Origin: Thermodesulfobacteriota bacterium
GTDB taxonomy: Bacteria > Desulfobacterota > Desulfarculia > JACQYL01
NCBI GenBank assembly: GCA_963675595.2
Contig: CAXXLZ010000001.1
Coordinates: 1 to 64,000, forward strand
Direction of reading: 5' to 3'
Length of the DNA: 64,000 nucleotides
Positions 11,982 through 22,443 of the stretch are shown in pieces; the first letter of the stretch is position 1; each line of letters starts with the position of its first letter. Made by a program: the position numbers and the translations under genes. The notes under the pieces are model-generated. The model ran no database searches. It worked only from the letters and a program-made list of their open reading frames with translations, and had not been told where the DNA came from.

Positions 11982-12120
11982 AGGCCGGTTGCCACAGGCA
12001 GGCAAAGAAACGACGACATGCAACGCGCGCAAATCCCAAGAAATGAGACGGACCCAAGAAGTATGCCGCTGTGACGAGGGGTCCAGCGCGACGCGGCGGA
12101 TCGGGTTCTACACCGACCTG
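11982..12120 (+). repeat. Dispersed repeat family A copy, split by IS1634 (5' part at about 10076-10095)
   Basis: Aligns by eye with the reverse complement of 44024-44170 and with 47454-47613 and 34262-34380. Confidence 0.7.
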
Positions 12121-12270
12121 ATGGGCCTCACCGAGCGGAAGGCAGGCTACCGACATATGGGGGCGGAAGTCAATCGAGATTTCGTATGGACCGCAAAGAT
12201 GATAAACAAAAAGAGGGTGCCGCGTATGGTGCGGCATTTCAGGAGAGTCCGCCGCATAGAGGCGGACTCC

Positions 12271-13151
12271 TTATTTCGGGGGTTCCTCTTCTCCCTGCGT
12301 CGGAGTTTTGGTGAGCATGCCCAGAATTTGCTGCAACGCTTTACGCTTGGATTCCGTGGAGCCGGCTTCGACCCAGCCGTAGCCCGCGTCGTGAAGCTGA
12401 AGCGCCAAATCCAGGAACGGAGTGGGTTCAACCCCCGCCTGTTGAAGGAATTCCCGATCGGCCAGTATGTCTTCCGTGGGGCCCTGGCGCAGGACCCGTC
12501 CTTCGGAAAACACCGCGATTTCGTCCGCCCAAAGACAGGCGAGGTACCAGGTCGTGGGTGGCGAAAACCAGGGTGGTTCCATTCCGGAAAAGTTTCTCTA
12601 GCAGGTCCAGCAGATTCTTGACGCCGCGGGTGTCCAATCCGGCGGTGGGTTCATCCAGAATCAGCACTTCAGGCTTCATGGCGGCGATGCCGGCGATGGC
12701 CACCCGCTTCTTCTGCCCAAAGCTGAGCATGTGTGTGGGGCGTTCGGCCAGGGATTCAATGTCGAGGGCTTTGAGGGTGTCGCGCACCCGTTCCCTGGTT
12801 TCCTCTTCGGAGAGGCCCAGGTTCAGCGGACCGAAAGTCACATCCTGGTACACGTTGGCTGAAAAAAGCTGGTCGTCGGCATCCTGAAGCACCAATCCCA
12901 CCCGTCGACGCCAGCTTTTCTTCGCATCGCGGTTGTATCGGGCGGGGAGGCCGTCCAGGAGGATTCGGCCCTTCTGAGGTTTCAGGGTACCGTTGAGATG
13001 CAGCAGAAGGGTGGTTTTCCCCGCGCCGTTGGGTCCGAGCACGGCCAGACGACGACTTTTTTCGGATTTGCAGGTTCAGCTTGTTCAGGGCTTTGACGTG
13101 CCCCGGGTAGGTAAATTCGATCTCATTAGCTTCCAGGATAACCGAGTTCAT
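12271..13151 (-). CDS. cbiO: ECF cobalt transporter ATPase, frameshifted
   Basis: GPNGAGKTT, LSFGQKKRVAIAG and ILDEPTAGLD motifs; last gene of cbiMNQ. Confidence 0.9.
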
Positions 13152-13899
13152 GCAGGAATCCGTTGCAGGCCAGACTGGTCGCGACGACCACCAGAAGAAG
13201 GCAGGCAATAAGGGTGAGGATTTTCGAGGAAACGGGCTTCTCCTCCGTCAGGAACTTGAATTCTCCTTCGAATCCTCTGGCCGAGAGACCGGTTTCCATT
13301 TGGCGAACCCGGCCCATGGTCCGGTCGAACAAGGCGGCCACCAGAAGACTCAAAGAGCGACAACTGGTCATGAATCCTTGATATCCCAAACGCGCGGACT
13401 GGGATCGATGGGCCGCGGCCACCGTGTCCGAAGCGACGAAAATCAGGCGATACGTGAGGAGCATCAGCTCAATGACGGCGGCGGGCACTCGGACCCGGGA
13501 CAGAAGGGGCACCAAGTCGGTCATGGGGGTGGTCAGAGCGAGAAACGACAAGCACGATACGGCCGCCAGGGACCTAAGCACCACCTTCAGGGCCGTGTTG
13601 ACGCCTTCGGGAGAGAGAGCGAAGTGCAATCCATGAGACCAATGTACGGACACAAACAGCATGGGGGTGCTCAACAGCAAAAAGCCCACGGGCAGGGCCA
13701 GTATCTTCAGATAAAACCCTCCCGGAATCTTTGCGCCCCAAATGGAGGCCAGGGAAACGAGCACAATGATGATCAAGGCGGCCGGCATTGGAGGCAACAG
13801 AAGACTGAGGAAAAGCATGCCTCCGGCGAAGAGGAGTTTCTCCACCGGATGGCGCCGACTCCATTGATTCGTGTAAGCTATGGTATCAATGTGAAACAT
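13126..13899 (-). CDS. cbiQ: ECF cobalt transporter T component
   Basis: Hydrophobic protein with IELMLLTYRLIF, QSARLGY and LSARGF motifs. Confidence 0.9.
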   Translation of the reverse strand: MFHIDTIAYTNQWSRRHPVEKLLFAGGMLFLSLLLPPMPAALIIIVLVSLASIWGAKIPGGFYLKILALPVGFLLLSTPMLFVSVHWSHGLHFALSPEGVNTALKVVLRSLAAVSCLSFLALTTPMTDLVPLLSRVRVPAAVIELMLLTYRLIFVASDTVAAAHRSQSARLGYQGFMTSCRSLSLLVAALFDRTMGRVRQMETGLSARGFEGEFKFLTEEKPVSSKILTLIACLLLVVVATSLACNGFLHELGYPGS

Positions 13900-14203
13900 G
13901 TTCCGGGCTTTTCTCCTGAAACTTGGCGCGAGCGCGACGATACCCTAAATAATATGCCAGAACGCCGGCTCCCAATGCGGCTTGAAGGGCGAAGAGCATA
14001 CTTTCGATTTCCCCGCTCGGAGGCTCCCAGAAGGGTTCGAACCAAGGTTTGTATCCGGGATGGCTTTGGACGATGACTCCCTCCGCCTGCCCGTCGGCTC
14101 CTGCGAAGGGTTCCTCGCGATCCGAAAGTCCGGGAATCATCAGGGGAATCACCGCCAAGGCCACAACCAGGGCGATCAAAATTCCGTTTCGTTTGAAAAT
14201 CAT
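13886..14203 (-). CDS. cbiN: Cobalt transport protein CbiN
   Basis: [40 protein letters not shown] signature. Confidence 0.93.
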   Translation of the reverse strand: MIFKRNGILIALVVALAVIPLMIPGLSDREEPFAGADGQAEGVIVQSHPGYKPWFEPFWEPPSGEIESMLFALQAALGAGVLAYYLGYRRARAKFQEKSPEHVSH

Positions 14204-14871
14204 TGTACACCTCCGGCGAGGATTGCGGTTTCCTCCAACTCGTCGCGGCTGTACTTCAGCACCAGATTCACCACCAGTACGGTAAGCAGCCCTTCGGAAA
14301 CCGCAAGTGGGATTTGGGTCACCGCGAACACCGAAAGGAATTTAATCGCCGCACCCTGGAAACCGCTCACCGGGTCGGGAAAGGCCACGGCCAGTTGTAG
14401 GGCGGTGACCACATAGGTGGTGAGGTCCCCGAGGGTCGCGGCAAGGAAGGTCGAGAATCCCAAGGAACGACCCGTTCCACGGAGAAGACGAAAAAGCGCG
14501 TAGGCCACCCAGGGGCCGGCCACGGCCATGGAAAATACATTGGCGCCGAGGGTGGTCAATCCGCCGTGGGCGAGAAGAAGCGCCTGGAACAGAAGCACGA
14601 TGGCCCCGAGGAGGGGCATGACCGCAGCTCCAAAAAGTATGGCCCCTAAACCCGTGCCTGTGGGATGAGAGCAACTGCCTGTGACGGAGGGGAGTTTCAG
14701 GGCGGAAAGGACGAATACGAAGGCTCCACATGCCGCGAGCAGCAGTTTGGCCTTGGGCTTCTCTCGAAATATTTTAACCACCTTCCGCGCGCTCACGACG
14801 ACGAAGGGCAGCGACACCGCAGTCCAAGCGGCCGCATGAGCGGGCGGCAAATAACCTTCCATGATATGCAT
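14200..14871 (-). CDS. cbiM: ECF cobalt transporter S component
   Basis: N-terminal MHIMEGYLP and [15 protein letters not shown] motifs. Confidence 0.95.
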   Translation of the reverse strand: MHIMEGYLPPAHAAAWTAVSLPFVVVSARKVVKIFREKPKAKLLLAACGAFVFVLSALKLPSVTGSCSHPTGTGLGAILFGAAVMPLLGAIVLLFQALLLAHGGLTTLGANVFSMAVAGPWVAYALFRLLRGTGRSLGFSTFLAATLGDLTTYVVTALQLAVAFPDPVSGFQGAAIKFLSVFAVTQIPLAVSEGLLTVLVVNLVLKYSRDELEETAILAGGVQ

Positions 14872-15789
14872 ACGCGTGATTCCTCCTTGCGGTTTGGATT
14901 TCACCTCGGAGTCCGGCCGGACCCTTTTCGCTATTGGACGATCATTGCAGCCTTCCTCTCGGGAACCTATAACGGAGGCATGTCTTCATGTGATGCGCAG
15001 CAACTTTCTGGAACTTAATTTTGAATAGACGATATTGTTGCCGAAAAATACCCGCGCCGTTCACACGCTTCTCAGAATCGTCGCCGAAGCCGGTATCGTT
15101 AATCTTATTGACGGCCCAAGTCACTTCTTTTGCTTTTGAATAGGATCGAAAAATGTTACTCTATTATTCGATCCAAAAAGGGACATCCAATATAGTCCCT
15201 TTTCAAATATCGGTATGCAATATAGCGATCGATGATCAACACTTTGGCGCTGAAGCGCTCTCTCCAATCCCTTGCCGCGAGGAGGATATCTATTATTCGG
15301 TATCTTGCGGAATAGACGCCGCCCGAGACCTCCGTTGAGAGGGCCGGTAAATCAGAGAGCAAACCTGATGCTAAGAGATAATGCCCTAGTTGAAAATTAA
15401 TTCACAACGGATAGTCGTCGATTCCGACTTTGTTGGTTTTTATGGCTGTGCCCTAATCTTCGTGAGCGAAGTTTAACACAAAATCCGAATCCTCCAAAAT
15501 TTCTTGAACCGTTCACAAGAAAAAAGTACCATATAAATGGTAATCATGTCAATTTAAGAAGCTTGTGGATATGCTTCGGCCTATAGTTCGTGAGTTTACT
15601 ATGGGTTTGTTTCTATACATATACATACCATAAGTATAAGCCGGGAGTTTCCTCCCGGCGTTGCCCGGGAAACTATCATTTTCGGTCACGTGGCAGGTTG
15701 GTTTTCGGGTTCGAGTAATGGGCGTGTCCCACGAAACTCATACCCGGCTTCAATATGGACGGGTTCAGGTTTAACACAAGGAGAATCGC

Positions 15790-16063
15790 ATGGCGCTCTG
15801 CGGTGAAGACCATCAGAAGCTGCTGACCCGCATTAATCGCATCGAGGGTCAGGTGCGGGGGCTTAGGAAGATGGTGCAGGAGGACCGGGATTGTATGGAG
15901 GTGCTGAAGCAAATCGCAGCCGCCGGCGGGCCCTTAGATCCCTGGCCATGGTCCTTCTCGAAGACCATTTGAAGGGTTGCGTGGCTTCGGCCATTCGAAC
16001 GGATCAATCGGAGAATGAACTGATTCACCAAGTTATTGAAGTGTTTAATAATTCAGTAAGTAA
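15790..16063 (+). CDS. CsoR/RcnR-family metal-sensing repressor, frameshifted
   Basis: LLTRINRIEGQVRGLRKMVQEDRDCMEVLKQIAA continues in another frame as ALRSLAMVLLEDHLKGCV. Confidence 0.88.
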
Positions 16064-16140
16064 GCTCCGGTTTGAGCCGAGTGCGCCCAAAACGGGTTTT
16101 GATGTGAGTGTCTTTCTAACCCCCGGCACGGGAGGCCGCA

Positions 16141-17194
16141 ATGGAGAAGATGACACCCAAAGAAAGAGTGCTCGGACTGTTTCGCCGAGACCCCATCGAC
16201 ACCATGCCCATTTTCAGCGGACTTTCCATGGCGGCGCTCCCGGCATTGCGGGAGGCGGGCCTGGTTTTCTCTCAGGTCCACACCCGTCCGGACCTCATGG
16301 CGCGAGCCGCAGTAGTCTCATCCCGCAGAATGAATTTCGACTGCATCGTGGTCCCCTTCGACATCACGATTCTTTCCGAAGCTCTGGGCAATCGCCCCAA
16401 CTTTTATGAGGACCGCCTCCGAAGTGGTCTTTCCGACGGTTCCCGAAAAAATCTGGAAGGACCTGGAAGAGATCAGCATTCCCGACGACATACTTGAGCG
16501 GGGCCGAATTCCCATGATTTGCGAAGCGGTTTCCATCATCAAGCGAGAGGCTCCCGAATACCCCGTGGGGGTATGGCAAAGGGGGCCTTTCACGCAGATG
16601 GGGCAACTTTTCGAGCTGGAAGAGGTTTTGAAGGCTTCCTTCAAAGCCAAAGCAAAGTGGAAGCGGCCCTGGCAAAGCTGGTGGAACTGGTTTCGGCCGC
16701 TGGACGGCTGTGGTTGGACGCCGGAGCGGACTATATCACTTTGAGCGAACCCAGCGGATCCGGAGACGTGTTGCCTCCCCGCCTTTTCAAGAGTCTTATC
16801 CAACCGAAGCTCGCCCAAATTCTGGAAGAGTGGCCGTCTCCCAAGGTCTTGCATGTCGCGGGGAAGACCGACGGAATCATCGAAATGATGAAGGACTGTG
16901 GAGCCGACGGCATTGCCGTGGACAAGAAAAGCAACATAAAGGACATTCGAACGAAGATCGGGGACGAACTGCTTCTTTTCGGAAAATTTCGATGTCTATG
17001 ACTTACCCTGCAAACCCGAGACGACCGTGGAACATACCGAGGCCGTGATCAAAGGGATCATCGACGACGGAGTGGATGGGGTATGGCCGGGGTCGGACCT
17101 TTGGCCCGACATGAAAGAGGAGAACATGCGGGCCGTTGTTCGCACCGTGCACGAATACGGGGCAAAGCCCAGTCCTGCGGTGGGGAGAACCTGA
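16141..17194 (+). CDS. UroD/MtaA-CmuA-fold corrinoid-linked methyltransferase, several frameshifts
   Basis: MEKMTPKERVL, PFDITILSEALG, GRIPMICEAV, GPFT, KVLHVAGKT and GVDGVWPGSDLWP lie across frames. Confidence 0.85.
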
Positions 17195-17220
17195 GAAGGA
17201 GAGGGCGGGCCGAACGCCGG

Positions 17221-18046
17221 TTACGGAGTCTCGTGAGGGCGGTCCCTGACCAACAGGTGGGACTTCAGCAACTTGAACATGGCGATGACTTTGTCGGCGA
17301 AGGTGGTGCCGGAGTTGTCCGCGACCAAGTCGGTGAGATCGTTGAGAAAGAGACGGTCCTCTTCAAGAAGATAGTCCTGCTCCTTCCACCAGGAGTTCTT
17401 CAACTCCCTGGCGAATGCGACGTTTCTGGCGGCCAGAGTGTTCAGCGGGGAGTATTCCCGGAATTTTCGGCAGAGAAAAGTGGCTCTCACCCAACGGTGA
17501 GAAAGCAGCATTCGGTAGTTTTCCGACTCCTGACGTTCACAGTTGATTCGGAAAAAACAGAGATGCGCCTGGGGTTCGCCGTGACCCAGTTTCAATGGCC
17601 AGTTCGGTGCAGGCGTGCTCCTTCGCAGCTTCGCGAAGGTGCTCCACCACGTGTCGAAAGAAATTGACACCGGATCCTGAAACCGGAAAAAGCGGCATGA
17701 TTTGCTCACTGAAACTGGGTCCCACGAACTGTCGGCGTATTTCCAGGACGCATTTGGCCGTTTCCCGGTCCAACCACCCTTGAAAGGGCAGGGCGGGCAA
17801 CCCTTGAACAAGCTCTTCGCAAACATGGACCAGGAATTCTCTATCGGCGACTTCGCCGGAGACCGGCTGCGCCGGTATGGATCCCTGCGCGGAGCCATAG
17901 GACCGCCGGTCGGCATGCACCACTAGTTTCACGTGCGGCCGACTCTTCGGATCGATGTTCTCCAGGAAGTCTTGAATGAAGTGTTCCGCCTCGGCCTTGA
18001 TGTCCCTCGTTTGATCGGTTCCGGTCTTCGTCGGCGGTGAGCTCAT
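17221..18046 (-). CDS. Hypothetical protein (about 275 aa), frameshifted near 17600
   Basis: Two overlapping ORFs join into one protein-like sequence; GGAGTGGAAGGGAG upstream of the ATG. Confidence 0.55.
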
Positions 18047-18640
18047 TTCGCGTCTCCCTTCCACTCCTTCCTAATCGTGGTTTTGCAGCCCGGTTCGTAC
18101 TCGAAAAGCCGGGCGCCGGTCGTTCGGTGACATCCTTGCGTCTCGATCGGTGCGGTTCTCGTTGACTCCCACGATCGGAGCCCTTACCGACAGACTATAG
18201 CATGACGGTCCATGAAATCACAGTAGCCGAGTTGGGAAATCTGCGGCTTGTCCGACCGCATGGAATTTCCCTTTCTTGGTATCCTGCCGTTCGTTTTTGA
18301 GGTGCTGGGGAGAACTCGCTTGACCGGTGGGAGAGACCCGAACGGAGCTTGGGCCAGAAAAGGACGGCGGTGGAGACCGGGCGTACCTGAATGAGTGGTG
18401 GAGCCGCGGCGGGAGGCGAGTAGGGATCCCGGCGGCATAAAACCTTCTCCCTCCGGATGCCTGGGGGGGATGGAGGGCGAGGTACACAGGCGAAACAGCT
18501 TCCCCCGGGATCCCAAGGGACAACAATGAAAGGGCGGCGATCGACGCCGAAGATTTCTTGGGAGGGCGCGGGAAGCCCCTTTTAGACGAGAGGCTCCCTG
18601 CCCGGTCGCTACAGTTCAGCGTGATCGCAGCCGATGAGGT

Positions 18641-19684
18641 TTAGTATTTGCCGTAAATTTCCGCCGCTTCCATGATCGCTTGAGCATTCAGGAAACTGGC
18701 GTTGGGCGGGAATTCGCATCCGGGGGACAAGATGAATTTTCCACCGGCCTTGAGTTCCTCGATTTCTTTCTTGCATTCTTCCTTGACCATGTCCGGAGTT
18801 CCCAGGAAGCAGTAGCGGGCCGGCTCCATGTATCCGCAAATGGTGGTCTTGTCGCCCCATTTCTCCTTCGTTTCGGTCCAGGTCGCGCAATCATCGGGCG
18901 TGTAGGCGCAGGAAATGAGCACGGGTTCCATGGCTTCGATCTGGGCGTCGAAGTAGATGTTCTGGCCGCAGTTGTGCACCATGACCATGCAGCCGCATTC
19001 GCGAATGGTGTCGGCCAGGCGTTTCGCAAAGGGCGCTTCGATCTTCTGCCACAGGCTCTTCTTCATGATGGTGCCGGAAGCATAGAGAGTGTCCAGCATG
19101 ATGGCGAGTACGCCGGTTTTGGCCAATGCCTTGATGTAGTCCACCAACACCTCGGTGATCACTTCCTGGGCCTTGATCACGGCTTCGGGGTGTTTCATGC
19201 AATCCAGGAACATCCTCTCCGCTCCGCGCATCATGCTGAGAATTCCCAGGGGACCGAACACGAAGGCAACCACGGGAACCTCGGCGCCCTTTTCATTCTG
19301 GAGAATCTCATGCATTTTGATGAAGCCGCTCATGCGAGGCGTTTTGGTGGGGTCGATCCGTTCCACCTTGGTCAGATAGTCGTCGGGGGTCACGATTACG
19401 GGCTTGTCGTAGTTGGGGTGAGCGGTGTCCTCCACGGGAAAGACCACTTCCTGGCCGAAATCGGCGCATTCGACGGACAGGTCCACTAAGGTGACGAAGC
19501 AATCAAAACCGAACATCTCCTGCGCCTGGATCCAGGATTTGGCCGCAAGCTCATAGTCCTGAGACCACTCGCCATAGGTGATTCCGTAGACCCGGCGGGA
19601 TGCCCCACAAATCAGGGGAGTTGCGGGAACACGATCTGCTTCTTTGCCCTGCAGGCAGGCTACCACTCTTTCCATCGAAGTCAT
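18641..19684 (-). CDS. UroD/MtaA-family methylcobamide:thiol methyltransferase-like protein
   Basis: MTSMERV, DLSVECADFG, FGPLG, and zinc motif VHNCG ... LSPGCEFP; RBS AAGGAGG. Confidence 0.88.
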   Translation of the reverse strand: MTSMERVVACLQGKEADRVPATPLICGASRRVYGITYGEWSQDYELAAKSWIQAQEMFGFDCFVTLVDLSVECADFGQEVVFPVEDTAHPNYDKPVIVTPDDYLTKVERIDPTKTPRMSGFIKMHEILQNEKGAEVPVVAFVFGPLGILSMMRGAERMFLDCMKHPEAVIKAQEVITEVLVDYIKALAKTGVLAIMLDTLYASGTIMKKSLWQKIEAPFAKRLADTIRECGCMVMVHNCGQNIYFDAQIEAMEPVLISCAYTPDDCATWTETKEKWGDKTTICGYMEPARYCFLGTPDMVKEECKKEIEELKAGGKFILSPGCEFPPNASFLNAQAIMEAAEIYGKY

Positions 19685-20242
19685 GACTTCCTCCTTCTCG
19701 GTTGACGTTGGTTCACCAGGATCATAAGTTCGAACTCCCGTGAGGGAGTCGGATCGATCGTGTCGTCGCCGAAGCGGATCTCCTTTCTCTGCCCGGGACG
19801 TACACAACGATCCTTGCTATGCGTGCATCCAATACCGTCAGGCGACTGCGGCTCGGTCGCACCATTCCGGTTGCATCGGATGGCCGAGCCGTTGAGCCGC
19901 GTTTGGAACCGATGTAAGTGGTCTGGTTGGGAAGTGGTGAAGTCGAACTCGTCGAAGCAGGTGTGGATTCGCTTCTGCTTCGTTAAAGCGCCGTCCCTCG
20001 GCGGCTCGGCGGGCAAGCGGCGAGATCGCTTTGTGGACGATGTGTCTTTTCAAGGGGTGCTCAACACGATCAATACGGAAAGGCTCGGAGGCGAGGCGGT
20101 AGTCCGCAGTGCGAGGCATGACGGCTTCGCTTCCTTCTTCCCCGATGGATGCTTTTCGGTTCGGCTGAACGGCGATTGGGTATCCGAAGGCCTCGTGCTC
20201 CATGCTGCAACCGTGTTTCGCAATCCGGTCCGGCCAAAGAAA

Positions 20243-20857
20243 TTACTCCTCCCAGTTGAGGACGATGTCTCGGAGTTGTTCGATTCCCACTCCGGAAAAG
20301 GTGGAAAGACGAACGATTTGCGCAGTTTCATTGAATTGTCTTAACTTCTTCTCGCTTTCTTCAATGGTTGTGGAGTCCACGGCATCCACCTTGCTCATGG
20401 CCAGAATGTCGGCGTCCTGGACCTGAGCGACCACGAGTCTGCCGAGCATATCCATGTCGAGAAGCTCGGCCGGTCGTGTGGTGTCGAAGAGGACAATGGC
20501 CGGTCCCAAAGAAATTCGAGCGTCCCTACCCCCCATTCGGGCCGCCATTTTAACCTGATGGGGAATGGCGACCCCGGTAGGTTCCACCAGAACATGCTCG
20601 GGTTTAAACTCCCGATAGAGTGTGGCCAGCGTCTTGGCGAAGCTGGAAGCCACTTCGCAGCAGATGCATCCTCCACCGATGTCCTTCACTCGCATGCCGC
20701 TTTCTTGGATCACTTTGCCGTCCACCGGAATTTCACCGATTTCATTCACCACGAGGGCCACCTTCCGGTTTCCCGAGTCGGCGATTTCCGAGGAGAGTCT
20801 GAGAATGAAGGTGGTCTTTCCACATCCCAGAAAGCCTGCAATTTGAGTGATTTTCAT
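20243..20857 (-). CDS. CobW/COG0523-like G3E GTPase (GTPase domain only)
   Basis: GFLGCGKTT, VVNEIGE, GGGCICC, VEPTG and SKVD motifs. Confidence 0.9.
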   Translation of the reverse strand: MKITQIAGFLGCGKTTFILRLSSEIADSGNRKVALVVNEIGEIPVDGKVIQESGMRVKDIGGGCICCEVASSFAKTLATLYREFKPEHVLVEPTGVAIPHQVKMAARMGGRDARISLGPAIVLFDTTRPAELLDMDMLGRLVVAQVQDADILAMSKVDAVDSTTIEESEKKLRQFNETAQIVRLSTFSGVGIEQLRDIVLNWEE

Positions 20858-21112
20858 GAAATCTCCGTGCCGGCGTTGTGTCGTTGTGCGGAAGCGAATG
20901 AGGTCATCGGGATGACCGTGCCTTCACGGTCCGGTGCGATGATCGAAGAGGAGCCATGCCGCGGCGACGAGGTCGGAATCTTCCGAAGATCAATCTCCCG
21001 AGGTCAACGGAAATTCCTTTCACACGGTGCGGGCGCGGCACCGGGATCAAGCTCGCTTTTCGGGGTTCGGCGTCGCCGACGCAATCGTCCCGAGGCACGG
21101 TTCCTCTTCAGG

Positions 21113-21781
21113 CTATGCTTTGGACTGAACCTCGCGCAGGCGACCGATCATCTTGATGCCCTCGGTCACGGCGTTGCCCGCGCTCTCTGCGTAACCGTCG
21201 GCGCCGAACAGGGTGGAAACGTCCCGGGTCACGGGAGCGCCGCCGAGCATGATCATCACATTGGGATTCTTCTCTTTGATCATCTTGATGACCTTCTTCA
21301 TGCCCAGCATCGTGGTGGTCATCATGGCGCTCATGGCCACGATTTCCGAATCCGTACGCATCTGTTCCTTGACGAAATTCTCCAGAGGCACGTCGCGGCC
21401 CAGGTCGTAAACTTCAAATCCAGCTACGTCGAACATCATCTTGACCAGGTTTTTGCCGATGTCGTGAACGTCGCCCTGGATGGAGCCGATGACGACCTGG
21501 CCCTTCATCTTTCCACTTTGCTCCTGGGGCACGTGGGGGCGGAGGATGTCCAGACCGGCATAAAGGGCGTCGGCGCACATGAGCACTTCAGGCACGAAGT
21601 ATTCGTTGCGCTCATAGAGATCTCCCACGATCTGCATGCCGGCCGCGAGACCGTCCATGATCGCTTCCAGTGGGTCCACCTTTTCGTCGAGAGCCTGTTG
21701 CGCGAAGCTTTTCACTCCCTCTTCGTTGTACTCCACGACCGAGTCGCTTAAACCTTTGAGGATGTCTTCCTTGCCTGCCAT
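21113..21781 (-). CDS. Corrinoid (B12-binding) methyl-carrier protein, MtaC/MtbC-like
   Basis: Cap domain GMQIVGDLYERNEYFVPE; base-off/His-on GDVHDIGKNLV; DLGRDVP, SAMMTTT and GGAP motifs. Confidence 0.95.
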   Translation of the reverse strand: MAGKEDILKGLSDSVVEYNEEGVKSFAQQALDEKVDPLEAIMDGLAAGMQIVGDLYERNEYFVPEVLMCADALYAGLDILRPHVPQEQSGKMKGQVVIGSIQGDVHDIGKNLVKMMFDVAGFEVYDLGRDVPLENFVKEQMRTDSEIVAMSAMMTTTMLGMKKVIKMIKEKNPNVMIMLGGAPVTRDVSTLFGADGYAESAGNAVTEGIKMIGRLREVQSKA

Positions 21782-21885
21782 ACTGATTCCCCTTCCTTTG
21801 CTGAAGCATTCTTGAACGGACGGGCCCCTGGGATTGCGGAAGCCGCCTCCTCGACTTCCGCACATGTTCGCTTGCGATAATAATA

Positions 21886-21900
21886 TACACTATAGGGGTA
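21886..21900. promoter_or_regulatory. CsoR-type operator TACACTATAGGGGTA
   Basis: TAC-N9-GTA with a G-tract, close to the Bacillus CsoR box TACCCTACGGGGGTA; about 105 bp upstream of the corrinoid gene. Confidence 0.6.
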
Positions 21901-22443
21901 CTGAATAGTCCGAGGGATGAATTCCGGCTAGACGCCGGATGATTTATTGGTGAACCTGCATTATGGAAAGAATTTTGGGATAGACGAAGTTAATTATAAA
22001 CGGAAGAAAGCCTTAAGGAAATAAATAACTTGGATATTCTATTGCTAATGGCAATGATTGGTGTGGCATTCAATCGGAATTACATATGATATGTTTAACA
22101 TATAAGGAATAATGCCTATACAAAAGTTGGGATGGGGCGAAACTTGACGTTCCAGGAAGGGCGGTCTCGATGGGAGTCTCTTCTTCCGGAAGCCCGTCAC
22201 GCGGGCTCGATCTCCCGATTCCGATGAGGGACACTGGCCTCGCCGGCGAATATCTGCTACAGGAGGAGTTCTCGCACGAGTTGAGCGGGCGGCGCTTCTC
22301 CCCGCGCCCGGATGTTTCAAAAGAAGTCCAAGTCGGCGACGGCAGGCCGTCGAATCGTTCGGTGGGTTCTCAATTCGCCGGGGGGAATCCGGGCGCGTAC
22401 CGCGTCACAAATCGGGAATATCCGTCAAACGAGGTGGAAGGCC

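Noticed and set aside
19760-20344. ORFs of 111-194 aa between the CobW-like and MtaA-like genes
   Set aside because: No recognisable motifs or good RBS; they look like chance ORFs in GC-rich DNA.
16141-21781. Pyrrolysine or selenocysteine readthrough, or an hgcAB mercury-methylation system
   Set aside because: The breaks are frame changes, not in-frame TAG/TGA. No MttB/MtmB homolog and no HgcA NVWCAAGK motif were seen, and the corrinoid protein is His-on.
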